DNA from: Candidatus Acetothermia bacterium
GTDB taxonomy: Bacteria; Bipolaricaulota; Bipolaricaulia; M55B111
Length of the DNA: 21,884 nt
Assembly (NCBI GenBank): GCA_046543235.1
Contig: JBKGZT010000022.1
Coordinates: 1 to 21,884, forward strand
Direction of reading: 5' to 3'
The position numbers and the translations under genes were made by a program. This document shows positions 8,806 to 16,677 of the stretch, in pieces. The number at the start of each line of letters is the position of its first letter. The stretch's first letter is position 1. The notes below the pieces were generated by a model, which was not told the origin of the DNA, searched no databases, and saw only the letters and a list, made by a program, of their open reading frames with translations.

Positions 8806-9435
8806 TTAAGTTCCGAAGAGCCTGTCTCCGGCGTCTCCAAGTCCGGGATGGATGTAGCCCTGTTCGTCCAGTTCGTCGTCCACGGCGGCCGTATAGATTG
8901 GGACGTTCGGGTGCTCTTTGGAAAAGTTCTCTACCCCTTCGGGAGCGGCCACCAGACAGAGGAACTGTACGTTGTCCCCACCTTCTTCCTTTACGAGCTC
9001 TACCCCTGCCTTGGCCGTACCACCCGTCGCCAGCATGGGGTCGACGACTATGATCTGAAACTCGCTCAGCGGCTGGGGCAGTTTCTTGTAGTACTCGACC
9101 GGCTCCAGGGTCTCGTGATCTCGGTATAGGCCTATGTGGCCGACCCTCGCTTTGGGCAGGAGGTTGAGCACCCCCTCCAGCATTCCCACGCCCGCCCTGA
9201 GGATCGGGACGAGGGCCACTTTCGTGGCCAGAATTTCGGATGTCGTGCGTTCCAGCGGCGTTTCCACTTTGGTTTCTTCGAGCGGGTAGTTTCTCGTGAT
9301 TTCGTAGACCATCAAGGTCGTCAGTTCCTCAAGGATCAGGCGAAAGTCCTGGTTGTCGGTTTCCTTGTCCCTGAGGTAGGTGAGCTTGTTCTGGATTAGC
9401 GGGTGTCTAACGATGTTCAGGTTCTGTGCTTCCAT
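8806..9435 (-). CDS. upp: Uracil phosphoribosyltransferase
   Basis: HPLIQNKLT.LRD, VPILRAG, DPMLATGGT and GYIHPGLGDAGDRLFGT; 209 aa. Confidence 0.97.
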   Translation of the reverse strand: MEAQNLNIVRHPLIQNKLTYLRDKETDNQDFRLILEELTTLMVYEITRNYPLEETKVETPLERTTSEILATKVALVPILRAGVGMLEGVLNLLPKARVGHIGLYRDHETLEPVEYYKKLPQPLSEFQIIVVDPMLATGGTAKAGVELVKEEGGDNVQFLCLVAAPEGVENFSKEHPNVPIYTAAVDDELDEQGYIHPGLGDAGDRLFGT

Positions 9436-9441
9436 GGATCT

Positions 9442-10755
9442 TTATAAAACCTCCAGATCGTTTAATACGTTCTCCAGGTCAGGTCTTCCCAGTTCCTGCA
9501 GTTCGTAGGTTACGCGGGTGGTCGGGACTTCGAAGTCGATCAACCGTCGGAGATCGATCGGCGTACCGATGACCACCCCTTCCGGCGAGCAGTTCTCGAT
9601 CGTCCTTTTCAGGTCCTTTATTTGTTCGGGTCCGTAACCCATGGCGGGCAGCAAGTTGGGTATGTGCGGGTACTCGGCGAAGGTTTCTTTTAGGGAACCT
9701 GCTGCAAAGGGTTTCGGGTCAATTAACTCGTATGCACCGTGTTTTCTGGCAGCCAAAGTTCCGGCTCCCAGGTCCATTTCGCCGTGCGTGACGGTAGGAC
9801 CGTCCTCAATTGCCAGTACCTTCTTACCCGATATGACGGACGGGTCTTCCACGGTCAGGGGAGAACATGCCTCCATAATTCTCGCCTCTTCGTTTAACTC
9901 CCTGACGTTTTCCCTTACCTCGTTTACGGCTTCCGGTGTTGCCGTCTCGACTTTGTTGATGATAACGAGGTCGGCGGTTCTGATGCTCACGTTCCCCGGG
10001 TAGTAGGTCATCTCGTGCCCGGCGCGGAGAGGGTCGACCAGGACTATGCTGAAGTCGCTAACGTAAAACGGGAAGTCGTTGTTCCCTCCATCCCAGACGA
10101 TGACGTCGGCATCCTCTTCCGCCCGGCGGAGGATCTCCTCGTAGTCCACGCCCGCATAGAGGATGTTTCCCCTGTCGATGTGGGGTTCGTACTCCTCTCT
10201 TTCCTCTATGGTGCAATCATGTCTGTCCATGTCCTCGTAGTTCTCGTAACGTTGGACCCTCTGTGCGGATAGATCCCCGTAGGGCATCGGATGCCTGATA
10301 ACCGCGACCTCCTTGCCGGACTCTCGCAGGATATCCGTTACCCGCCTGGTGGTCTGGCTCTTGCCCGAACCGGTCCTGACCGCGGTTATGGATATCAATG
10401 GTTTGGAAGATTTTAGCTGAGTGTGGTCGGGACTAAGCAGCTTGAAGTCCGCCCCGGCGGCGTTGACCAGCGACGCTCTCTCCATGACGTACTGGTGGGG
10501 AACGTCGCTGTAGGAGAATACGACTTCGTCGACGTCGTGTCGTTCGATGAGCTCGGGCAGATCGGCTTCGTCCTCTATGGGTATTCCGTCCGGATACAGC
10601 TCCCCGGCGAGCTCAGGCGGATACTCCCTGCCCGCGATGTCGGGAATCTGAGCCGCCGTAAAGGCAACTACTTCGTACTCCTCGTTTCCTCGAAAGTAGG
10701 TGTTGAAGTTGTGGAAGTCCCTTCCGGCTGCTCCCATAATTATTACTTTTTTCAA
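9442..10755 (-). CDS. arcE: COG2403 P-loop protein (cyclic 2,3-diphosphoglycerate synthetase-like); closest to arginine synthetase ArcE
   Basis: MGAAGRDFHNFN, AFTAAQIPDI, AVRTGSGKSQT, RHPMPYG, TIEEREEYEPH, WDGGNNDFPF and EDGPTVTHG. TTG start at 10755 follows an AAGGAGG SD. Family recognition is firm; the ArcE function is from recalled similarity. Confidence 0.75.
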   Translation of the reverse strand: MKKVIIMGAAGRDFHNFNTYFRGNEEYEVVAFTAAQIPDIAGREYPPELAGELYPDGIPIEDEADLPELIERHDVDEVVFSYSDVPHQYVMERASLVNAAGADFKLLSPDHTQLKSSKPLISITAVRTGSGKSQTTRRVTDILRESGKEVAVIRHPMPYGDLSAQRVQRYENYEDMDRHDCTIEEREEYEPHIDRGNILYAGVDYEEILRRAEEDADVIVWDGGNNDFPFYVSDFSIVLVDPLRAGHEMTYYPGNVSIRTADLVIINKVETATPEAVNEVRENVRELNEEARIMEACSPLTVEDPSVISGKKVLAIEDGPTVTHGEMDLGAGTLAARKHGAYELIDPKPFAAGSLKETFAEYPHIPNLLPAMGYGPEQIKDLKRTIENCSPEGVVIGTPIDLRRLIDFEVPTTRVTYELQELGRPDLENVLNDLEVL

Positions 10756-10797
10756 GATTTCCCCTCCTTTTGGAAGTTGAGTTGTCAATCCCTGAAT

Positions 10798-10826
10798 AGG
10801 ATAGAGTTTTTCTTTTCCACTTGCAA
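10798..10826 (-). promoter_or_regulatory. Putative sigma70 promoter for arcE-upp
   Basis: Minus strand TTGCAA-N17-TATCCT, about 40 nt upstream of the TTG start. Confidence 0.55.
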
Positions 10827-11102
10827 TATTTTAGCGACGCAGGTCCTCGGAGGTCCGGGTACCTTGACTGAGCGTTACGAGGAATACGGGGAACCGAGCC
10901 AGAGCTTTTTAGCCGACTAAAAACGGTTATAGTCCGGGTTACCGCTGGTGAAAGAATTGAGAACTTACTTTTCGAGAGGGTGAAAAAACCTTAATTTCGT
11001 TTGGTTTGACTCCTAAGATCAGTTAAAATACTAGGCTATGATCCGGTAAAAGAATTCAGGAGAGGTGACGGTCCGGAACCGTAGAACCGATGCCCGGATT
11101 GT

Positions 11103-11130
11103 TTGAAATACGTCTCAAAGATTATATAAT
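11103..11130 (+). promoter_or_regulatory. Putative sigma70 promoter for the HAD-ABC operon
   Basis: TTGAAA-N16-TATAAT in an AT-rich tract, about 80 nt upstream of ATG 11210. Confidence 0.65.
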
Positions 11131-11209
11131 CATAGCCGATAATATATAAAAATTGCTTTAAGTCTAAAGATCAAATGCCTTTACCAGGGATACGAATTGC
11201 GAGGTCTCC

Positions 11210-11845
11210 ATGGATCCGAGTTTACTGATAACTGATGTAGACAATACAATTGCGGACCCCTCCGAGAGGATGCGGCGCTCGCTGCGGGAGACGGGCCGGG
11301 AAGAGGTATTTGAAAAGACCGCGGACCGGTACGGTGGCTTTTCGGATTTCCTTTCCACGGACGAAGAGAAAAGGTTATGGGAGGTCTTTCTCTCAGATAG
11401 ATTTCTCCACCTGGACGAGCCGGTTCCGGGGGCGGCGGAATCTCTTTCTCGGATGGTCGAGGACGGTTTGGAAGTGGCCTACCTGACCGGCAGACACGAC
11501 GAAGAGGGGGATACGATGCGCCCCGGAACGGAGGCCTGGCTCCTGGAGCATGGTTTCCCTCCTCCCGGAGAGAGAGGCGTGAGGCTTTTTATGAAGCCCG
11601 AAAGGGAGATGGACGACAAAGGGTTTAAGCTGGATTTTCTCGAGCGGGAGTTTTCTCCGCGTTCGGGGCGGGTCGTCGGAGTTGGTGATCACCCCCACGA
11701 TGCTTTAGCATATAGCCGGGCAGGTATCGAGCCGGTAATGCTTGATCTGAAGGGATTTTTTTCGGAAGAAGAGTTAAAGTCGGTAAGTGAGTCGGTCGTA
11801 GTGGTGGAGAGTTGGTCGAAAGTAGTGGAAAGACTCGGAGTTTAA
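11210..11845 (+). CDS. HAD-superfamily phosphatase
   Basis: Motif I ITDVDNT (DxDxT), motif II YLTGR, LFMK...FK (motif III Lys) and motif IV GVGDHPHD. Confidence 0.85.
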   Translation: MDPSLLITDVDNTIADPSERMRRSLRETGREEVFEKTADRYGGFSDFLSTDEEKRLWEVFLSDRFLHLDEPVPGAAESLSRMVEDGLEVAYLTGRHDEEGDTMRPGTEAWLLEHGFPPPGERGVRLFMKPEREMDDKGFKLDFLEREFSPRSGRVVGVGDHPHDALAYSRAGIEPVMLDLKGFFSEEELKSVSESVVVVESWSKVVERLGV

Positions 11846-11853
11846 AGAACTTT

Positions 11854-12678
11854 ATGAGCCCGCGCAAAGTCCTATACAAGATCGCGACGTATGCGGTTTT
11901 GCTGGCTCTGGTTACGGTGGTCATTCTGCCGTTTTACTGGATGGTGACCACTTCCCTCAAGCCTCCCGGCGAGGTGAACGTCGTCCCCCCGAAGTGGATT
12001 CCGAGCGAACTTCACTGGCAGAACTACGTCAAGGCCTGGAACGCGGCCCCATTCAACCGTTACTTCATCAATTCCTTCTTCGTCTCGATAATGACTACCA
12101 TCGGGGAGGTACTGACCACGATACTCGCCGCTTACGCGTTTGCGAAAATGGATTTCTTCGGCAAGCGCGTCCTCTTTTTGAGCCTGCTGGGTTTGATGAT
12201 GTTTCCGGGACAGCTCAGACTGATTCCCAACTTCATGTTTGCCAGCAACATCGGCTGGACGGATACCTATCCAATCCTGATTATACCCTGGATCGCCTCG
12301 ATTTTCGGGATATTCCTCCTGCGCCAGTACTTCAAGACCATACCGGACGAGCTCTGGGACGCTGCCCAGCTCGACGGCTGCAGCAGGTTCCGGTTTCTCT
12401 GGAAGATCGTCGTCCCGCTCTCCAAGCCGGGCATCCTGACGGTCGCCCTGTTCAAGTTCGTCGGTAGCTGGAACGCGTTTCTCTGGGTGTTGATCATGAC
12501 AAACAGTCCGGAGATGAGGACGATACCCGTGGGACTGGCCGTCTTCCGGTCCGAAGCAGGTACCCACTTTGCCGAATTGATGGCGGCTTCCACGATGGCG
12601 GTCCTTCCGATCCTGATAATTTTCTTCTTTGCACAAAAGCAGTTCATTCAGGGTGTTGCAAGGAGTGGTATCAAATAA
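11854..12678 (+). CDS. CUT1 carbohydrate ABC transporter permease (UgpE/MalG type)
   Basis: PFYWMVTTSLK, YFINS, AAYAFAK, EAA-like loop DAAQLDGCS and QKQFIQG; ATG 11854 lies 8 nt after the HAD stop. Confidence 0.92.
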   Translation: MSPRKVLYKIATYAVLLALVTVVILPFYWMVTTSLKPPGEVNVVPPKWIPSELHWQNYVKAWNAAPFNRYFINSFFVSIMTTIGEVLTTILAAYAFAKMDFFGKRVLFLSLLGLMMFPGQLRLIPNFMFASNIGWTDTYPILIIPWIASIFGIFLLRQYFKTIPDELWDAAQLDGCSRFRFLWKIVVPLSKPGILTVALFKFVGSWNAFLWVLIMTNSPEMRTIPVGLAVFRSEAGTHFAELMAASTMAVLPILIIFFFAQKQFIQGVARSGIK

Positions 12679-12757
12679 GGGGGTGGTCGAAAGGTAAGGA
12701 GGCTTCAGAGCGACGGTGACGGCGACTTGAGATCAAAGACCCTACGGAGGTGGAGTC

Positions 12758-13984
12758 ATGTCCAAGAAGTTAGTGACGATTTTAGTTGTTTTTGGCCTGT
12801 TGGCTGGTCTCGGAGTTTTTGCTCTCGGCCAGACGGAGGTTACCTTCTGGCACTCGATGCACAGGGAGCACAAGGAGGCTCTGGAACACATTACGGCCCA
12901 GTTCGAGGAAGCGAACCCCGAGATAGACGTCAAGCTGGTGGATCAAGGTGGGTACGGTGAGTTAAGTCAGAAATTGACCACTTCCGCGGCGGCCGGCGAG
13001 CTGCCGGTTTCGGCCCAGCAGTACGAGGACTGGACCATTCAGTACGTAGACGCGGACCTGATGAAGGGTCTGGAAGGTGAGCTGAACGAAGGTCTGGTGG
13101 ATAACCTGCCGGAAGCGCTGGTAAACTCTGGAACCTTTGACGGCGAGCTCTACGCGCTCCCGTTCAACAAGAGCGCGATGGTGTTGTTTTACAACACAGA
13201 CTTAATCGATGAACCCCCCAGTACCTGGGATGAGCTGCTCGAAATGGCTGAAGAGCTGACCGCGGACACTGACGAGGACGGTGAGGTTGACAGGTACGGA
13301 TTTGGCCTCCGACCGACGCCGGAGTTGTTCTCCCTCTTCTTCCACCAGGCAGGTGGCGCATACTTCAACGAGGACAAGACGGAAGTGCTGATCGACTCCG
13401 AGGAAGGGGACAGGGCACTGAGCTACCTGAGTGACCTGAGGGAGTACAGCCTCTATCAGACCGACTACCTGAGCGGCCCGTTTGGTTCCGGGAAAGTCGC
13501 CATGTACATCGGCTCTTCGGCCGGTGCTCCCTACGTGGCGTCCGCCAGCGAGGGCAATCATGGCTGGAGTACGGCACCTCTGCCCTACGGCCCCGAGAAC
13601 CGGGATTCGATGATTCAGGGTACTAACGTGGGTGTCTTCAGCTTCGGAAACAGCGATGAACAGGTAGAGGCCGGGCTCGAGTTTATTCAGTTCCTGATCA
13701 AGGACAAGTGGACCATCTACTGGGCGAAGAAAACCGGCTACATCCCGGTAACCCTCTCCGCTTTGGATTCGGAGGAGTGGAATAGTTACCTGGAGGAGAA
13801 CCCGACCCTGGAGGCACCGACACAGATGATGAAAGAGGGTTTCGTTTACCCGCACCACATGAATTTCGGAGAAATTAGGAACGAAGTGGAAACCATTCTG
13901 GAGAAGGCCATGATGGACAAAGGAGAGCCCGAAGAGCTATTGAAGGAAGGAGCGGAGGAGCTGGAAGAAGAGCACTTCGGTTAA
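12758..13984 (+). CDS. CUT1 ABC substrate-binding protein (UgpB-like)
   Basis: Sec signal peptide without lipobox Cys; FWHSM, LYALPFNKSAMVLFYN, PPSTWDEL, GKVAMYIGSSAG and TGYIP. Confidence 0.9.
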   Translation: MSKKLVTILVVFGLLAGLGVFALGQTEVTFWHSMHREHKEALEHITAQFEEANPEIDVKLVDQGGYGELSQKLTTSAAAGELPVSAQQYEDWTIQYVDADLMKGLEGELNEGLVDNLPEALVNSGTFDGELYALPFNKSAMVLFYNTDLIDEPPSTWDELLEMAEELTADTDEDGEVDRYGFGLRPTPELFSLFFHQAGGAYFNEDKTEVLIDSEEGDRALSYLSDLREYSLYQTDYLSGPFGSGKVAMYIGSSAGAPYVASASEGNHGWSTAPLPYGPENRDSMIQGTNVGVFSFGNSDEQVEAGLEFIQFLIKDKWTIYWAKKTGYIPVTLSALDSEEWNSYLEENPTLEAPTQMMKEGFVYPHHMNFGEIRNEVETILEKAMMDKGEPEELLKEGAEELEEEHFG

Positions 13985-13999
13985 ACCGTTGATTTGGAT

Positions 14000-14028
14000 G
14001 GCGGGGCCCGGATGGGTCCCGCCTTTTT
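14000..14028 (+). terminator. Intra-operon terminator-like hairpin after the binding-protein gene
   Basis: GGCGGGGCCC-GGAT-GGGTCCCGCC followed by TTTTT. Confidence 0.75.
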
Positions 14029-14040
14029 CTGGAGGTCAAA

Positions 14041-14862
14041 GTGAAAGACCATTTCCCGTTTGAGCTAGGCGCGACTTCTCTGACGTACCCTAACCTCGAC
14101 CTCGTGGAAAACGTAAAGCGGACCGAAGAGGAGTTCGATTTCGTGGAGCTGACCCTGGAGTATCCGAGGAACCTGCCGCTAACGGACGAGGTGGTAGGGG
14201 AATTGAACGAATTGAAGGAAGACAAGGGTATAGAGTACTCGATCCACCTCCCGCTCAGCGTCCGGTTGGCCACCACAAACCCGTACCTGCGAGAGGCGTC
14301 GGTGGAGGTAATAGTGAAAACTTATAGAAAAGCGGAGAGGCTGGATCCGATGGTTTATACCCTGCACCTTACGCCGATTTACTATCCGGGTGGTTCCCCG
14401 CTTACGCACTTATTCGAGATCCGTCAGTACGAGGACCAGCTTGACACCGCCAGGGAGTCGCTCCAGGAACTGAAAGACCACCTTGATCCCGGGAAGATAG
14501 CTGTGGAAAACCTCTATACCGACCTGGCGCGGATTCAGGATTTCCTCGACCGGGAGGGGTACGGGCGGTGCCTAGACGTCGGTCACCTGGTAATGCGGGA
14601 TGAAGACCCTGTTCTGCACTACTACGAGAATTCGGACTCGATCATCAACTTACATCTTCACGGCGTGATAGAGGGAAACGACCACCAGCAGCTGGAACCT
14701 GAAAGCGAGGAACCCGATCTGGTCGGACTCTTCGAGGCGATGACCAGTCACGGCTACCACGGGCCGATCGTGCTCGAGCAGTTTAAGCCCGAGCACCTGA
14801 GGCGCTCGTTAAAAACCATGGAGTCGGCCTGGAACGAGGTACGGGTAAGCACAGGAGAATAA
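14041..14862 (+). CDS. AP-endonuclease-2 / xylose-isomerase-like TIM-barrel metalloenzyme, CbiR-like putative phosphodiesterase
   Basis: FPFELGATS, VEL, SIHLP, YTLH, AVEN, CLDVGH, HLHG, DH and VLE; GTG start with GGAGG SD. Confidence 0.75.
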   Translation: MKDHFPFELGATSLTYPNLDLVENVKRTEEEFDFVELTLEYPRNLPLTDEVVGELNELKEDKGIEYSIHLPLSVRLATTNPYLREASVEVIVKTYRKAERLDPMVYTLHLTPIYYPGGSPLTHLFEIRQYEDQLDTARESLQELKDHLDPGKIAVENLYTDLARIQDFLDREGYGRCLDVGHLVMRDEDPVLHYYENSDSIINLHLHGVIEGNDHQQLEPESEEPDLVGLFEAMTSHGYHGPIVLEQFKPEHLRRSLKTMESAWNEVRVSTGE

Positions 14863-14873
14863 ACAGGGAAATC

Positions 14874-15827
14874 ATGGATATCGGCAAAGTATTCGAGAAG
14901 ATCGCTAGTTATATAGGTTACGAGGAAGGACGGAAGCTGAAGCAAGCTAGCTTCTGGAAGGAGTCGTTCTGGGCATACGTCTATCTTCTACCCACTCTGG
15001 CCGTCCTCGGGACGTTTTCCTTCTGGCCGCTGATTCGATCGTTTAAGATCAGCCTCTTTGACTGGAACATACTCACGGACACCGGGGAGTTCATCGGTTT
15101 TCAGAACTACGCCCAGCTGTTTGCCGATCCGGAGTTCGGGGCAGCGTTGTGGCACACGGTTTATTACGCGCTCGTGAGTACGCCGGTGACGATGATCATC
15201 GCGCTGTTCATCGCGGTTCTATTGAACAGGGAGATCCGTTTTCGCGGCTGGTTTCGCACCGCTTTCTTCCTCCCCTGGATCACCCCGATGGTCGCCGGAG
15301 CCTCCGTTTTCGTCTGGTTGTTTAATGCCGATTACGGACTGGTAAACTACGTGTTGAGCCAAGTGGGGCTCGGTAACTACCGCTGGTTGAACAACCCTTC
15401 CCTGGCGATACCACTATTGATAATATTTGGGGTATGGAAGTTCCTCGGCTTTCAGGTCGTCCTCTTCGTGGCCGGCCTGCAAAATATCCCGCAGCACTAC
15501 TACGAAGCGGCCAAAGTAGATGGTGCCAACCGGTTGCAGCTCTTTCGTCACGTCACGTTGCCGCTGCTGACCCCGACCACGTTTTTCGTCCTGATTATCT
15601 CAATGATCGGGGCTTTTAAGGTGTTTACCCAGGTCTACGTGCTCTGGGCAGGCACGGCCGGCCCCCTGAATAGCGCCCAGACGATAGTCATGTTCTTCTT
15701 CGAAAAGGGCTTTAATGACTTCCAGTTCGGTTACGCTTCCGCCTCGGCTTATATACTCTTTCTGATAGTCTTCGTCCTGACGGCAATAAACATGAGGCTT
15801 TCCAAACGCTGGGTTCACTATCAATAA
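14874..15827 (+). CDS. CUT1 carbohydrate ABC transporter permease (UgpA/MalF type)
   Basis: FIGFQNY, FRTAFFLP, AGLQNIP..YYEAAKVDGA, HVTLPLL and GYASA. Confidence 0.92.
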   Translation: MDIGKVFEKIASYIGYEEGRKLKQASFWKESFWAYVYLLPTLAVLGTFSFWPLIRSFKISLFDWNILTDTGEFIGFQNYAQLFADPEFGAALWHTVYYALVSTPVTMIIALFIAVLLNREIRFRGWFRTAFFLPWITPMVAGASVFVWLFNADYGLVNYVLSQVGLGNYRWLNNPSLAIPLLIIFGVWKFLGFQVVLFVAGLQNIPQHYYEAAKVDGANRLQLFRHVTLPLLTPTTFFVLIISMIGAFKVFTQVYVLWAGTAGPLNSAQTIVMFFFEKGFNDFQFGYASASAYILFLIVFVLTAINMRLSKRWVHYQ

Positions 15828-15908
15828 ATTCGGTCGAATGCTAGGCCATCTTGCCGCAAGGAACTCGTAGAATTCCGCGAACTTCTTTTCGTTCCCGGTA
15901 AGCAAGTT

Positions 15909-16397
15909 CTAACCCTGGGAAAACTTTTCTTCCAGCCTCTTCTCGACGACGTCGGGCACGAATGTTCCGACGTCTCCGCCGAGTTCTTTTACTTCCTTTA
16001 CTATGCTGGAGCTCAGGAAGGAGTATTCTCCTGCCGTCATCAGAAATACTGATTCCGTATCGGGCGCTAGATCCCTGTTGGTAAGTGCCATCTGGAACTC
16101 GTACTCGAAATCCGAATTCGCCCTCAAACCACGAACTATGGATTCTCTGTCGTACTCCTCGGCGCAGTCGACGAGCAGGCCCGAGAAGGTAATGACCTCG
16201 GATACTTCAATCGATTCTTCCTCCAGCGCCAGTTCTGCCAGTTCTTTCCTTTCCTCAGCGGTGAAAAGGGTATCCTTTCCGGGGTTCTCCGCAACCCCGA
16301 CGATCAGGTCGTCGAATATCTTTTCGGCCCGTTCTACTATGTCCAGGTGTCCGTACGTAATCGGATCAAAGCTTCCGGGATAAATCGCCTTTGGCAA
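15909..16397 (-). CDS. coaD: Phosphopantetheine adenylyltransferase
   Basis: AIYPGSFDPITYGHLDI, VRGLR...DFEYEFQMA and SSSIVKEV; TTG start with AGGAGG SD. Confidence 0.97.
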   Translation of the reverse strand: MPKAIYPGSFDPITYGHLDIVERAEKIFDDLIVGVAENPGKDTLFTAEERKELAELALEEESIEVSEVITFSGLLVDCAEEYDRESIVRGLRANSDFEYEFQMALTNRDLAPDTESVFLMTAGEYSFLSSSIVKEVKELGGDVGTFVPDVVEKRLEEKFSQG

Positions 16398-16526
16398 TCT
16401 GTCGCTACCTCCTATATAAGGTAATTGGTGAAAGATGCGAGCACCTACTTGAGCTCAGGTTATTATACCTCCTGGATTGAATACATAAAAGCACCCCGGT
16501 GGGCAACCTGGACGTTCGCCGAAAAC

Positions 16527-16555
16527 TTGCATGGGTCCCGCTCGGGAGTTAAACT
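16527..16555 (+). promoter_or_regulatory. Putative sigma70 promoter for the ABC ATPase gene
   Basis: TTGCAT-N17-TAAACT. Confidence 0.45.
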
Positions 16556-16633
16556 AAAGCCGTTATGAGAAATCCAGCAATTAAAAGTTTTTATGGGGTA
16601 TGGTTCTGACAGGCTTATTTGGTTTGTGACGGA

Positions 16634-16649
16634 TTTGAAACGTTTCAAA
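16634..16649. promoter_or_regulatory. LacI/GalR-family (cre-like) operator
   Basis: Perfect 16-bp palindrome TTTGAAACGTTTCAAA with central CG, 28 nt upstream of the ATPase start. Confidence 0.7.
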
Positions 16650-16677
16650 ACGAATTTTTTTACTGGGAGGTTTGCAT

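Noticed and set aside
9442-10788. True cyclic 2,3-diphosphoglycerate synthetase
   Set aside because: No 2-phosphoglycerate kinase gene is nearby, and the GAAGRDFHNFN N-terminus fits the ArcE-like branch better.
10756-11209. Riboswitch, ncRNA or CRISPR array in the 450-nt divergent spacer
   Set aside because: No cobalamin, T-box or other motif I can recognise and no repeat-spacer periodicity. Only promoters and short inverted repeats (e.g. TTTTTAG-CCGA-CTAAAAA at 10906..10923) are seen. An Rfam scan would be needed to exclude it fully.
16463-16648. Small ORF in the coaD/ATPase spacer
   Set aside because: No convincing SD or recognisable motif, and it overlaps the promoter and operator elements.
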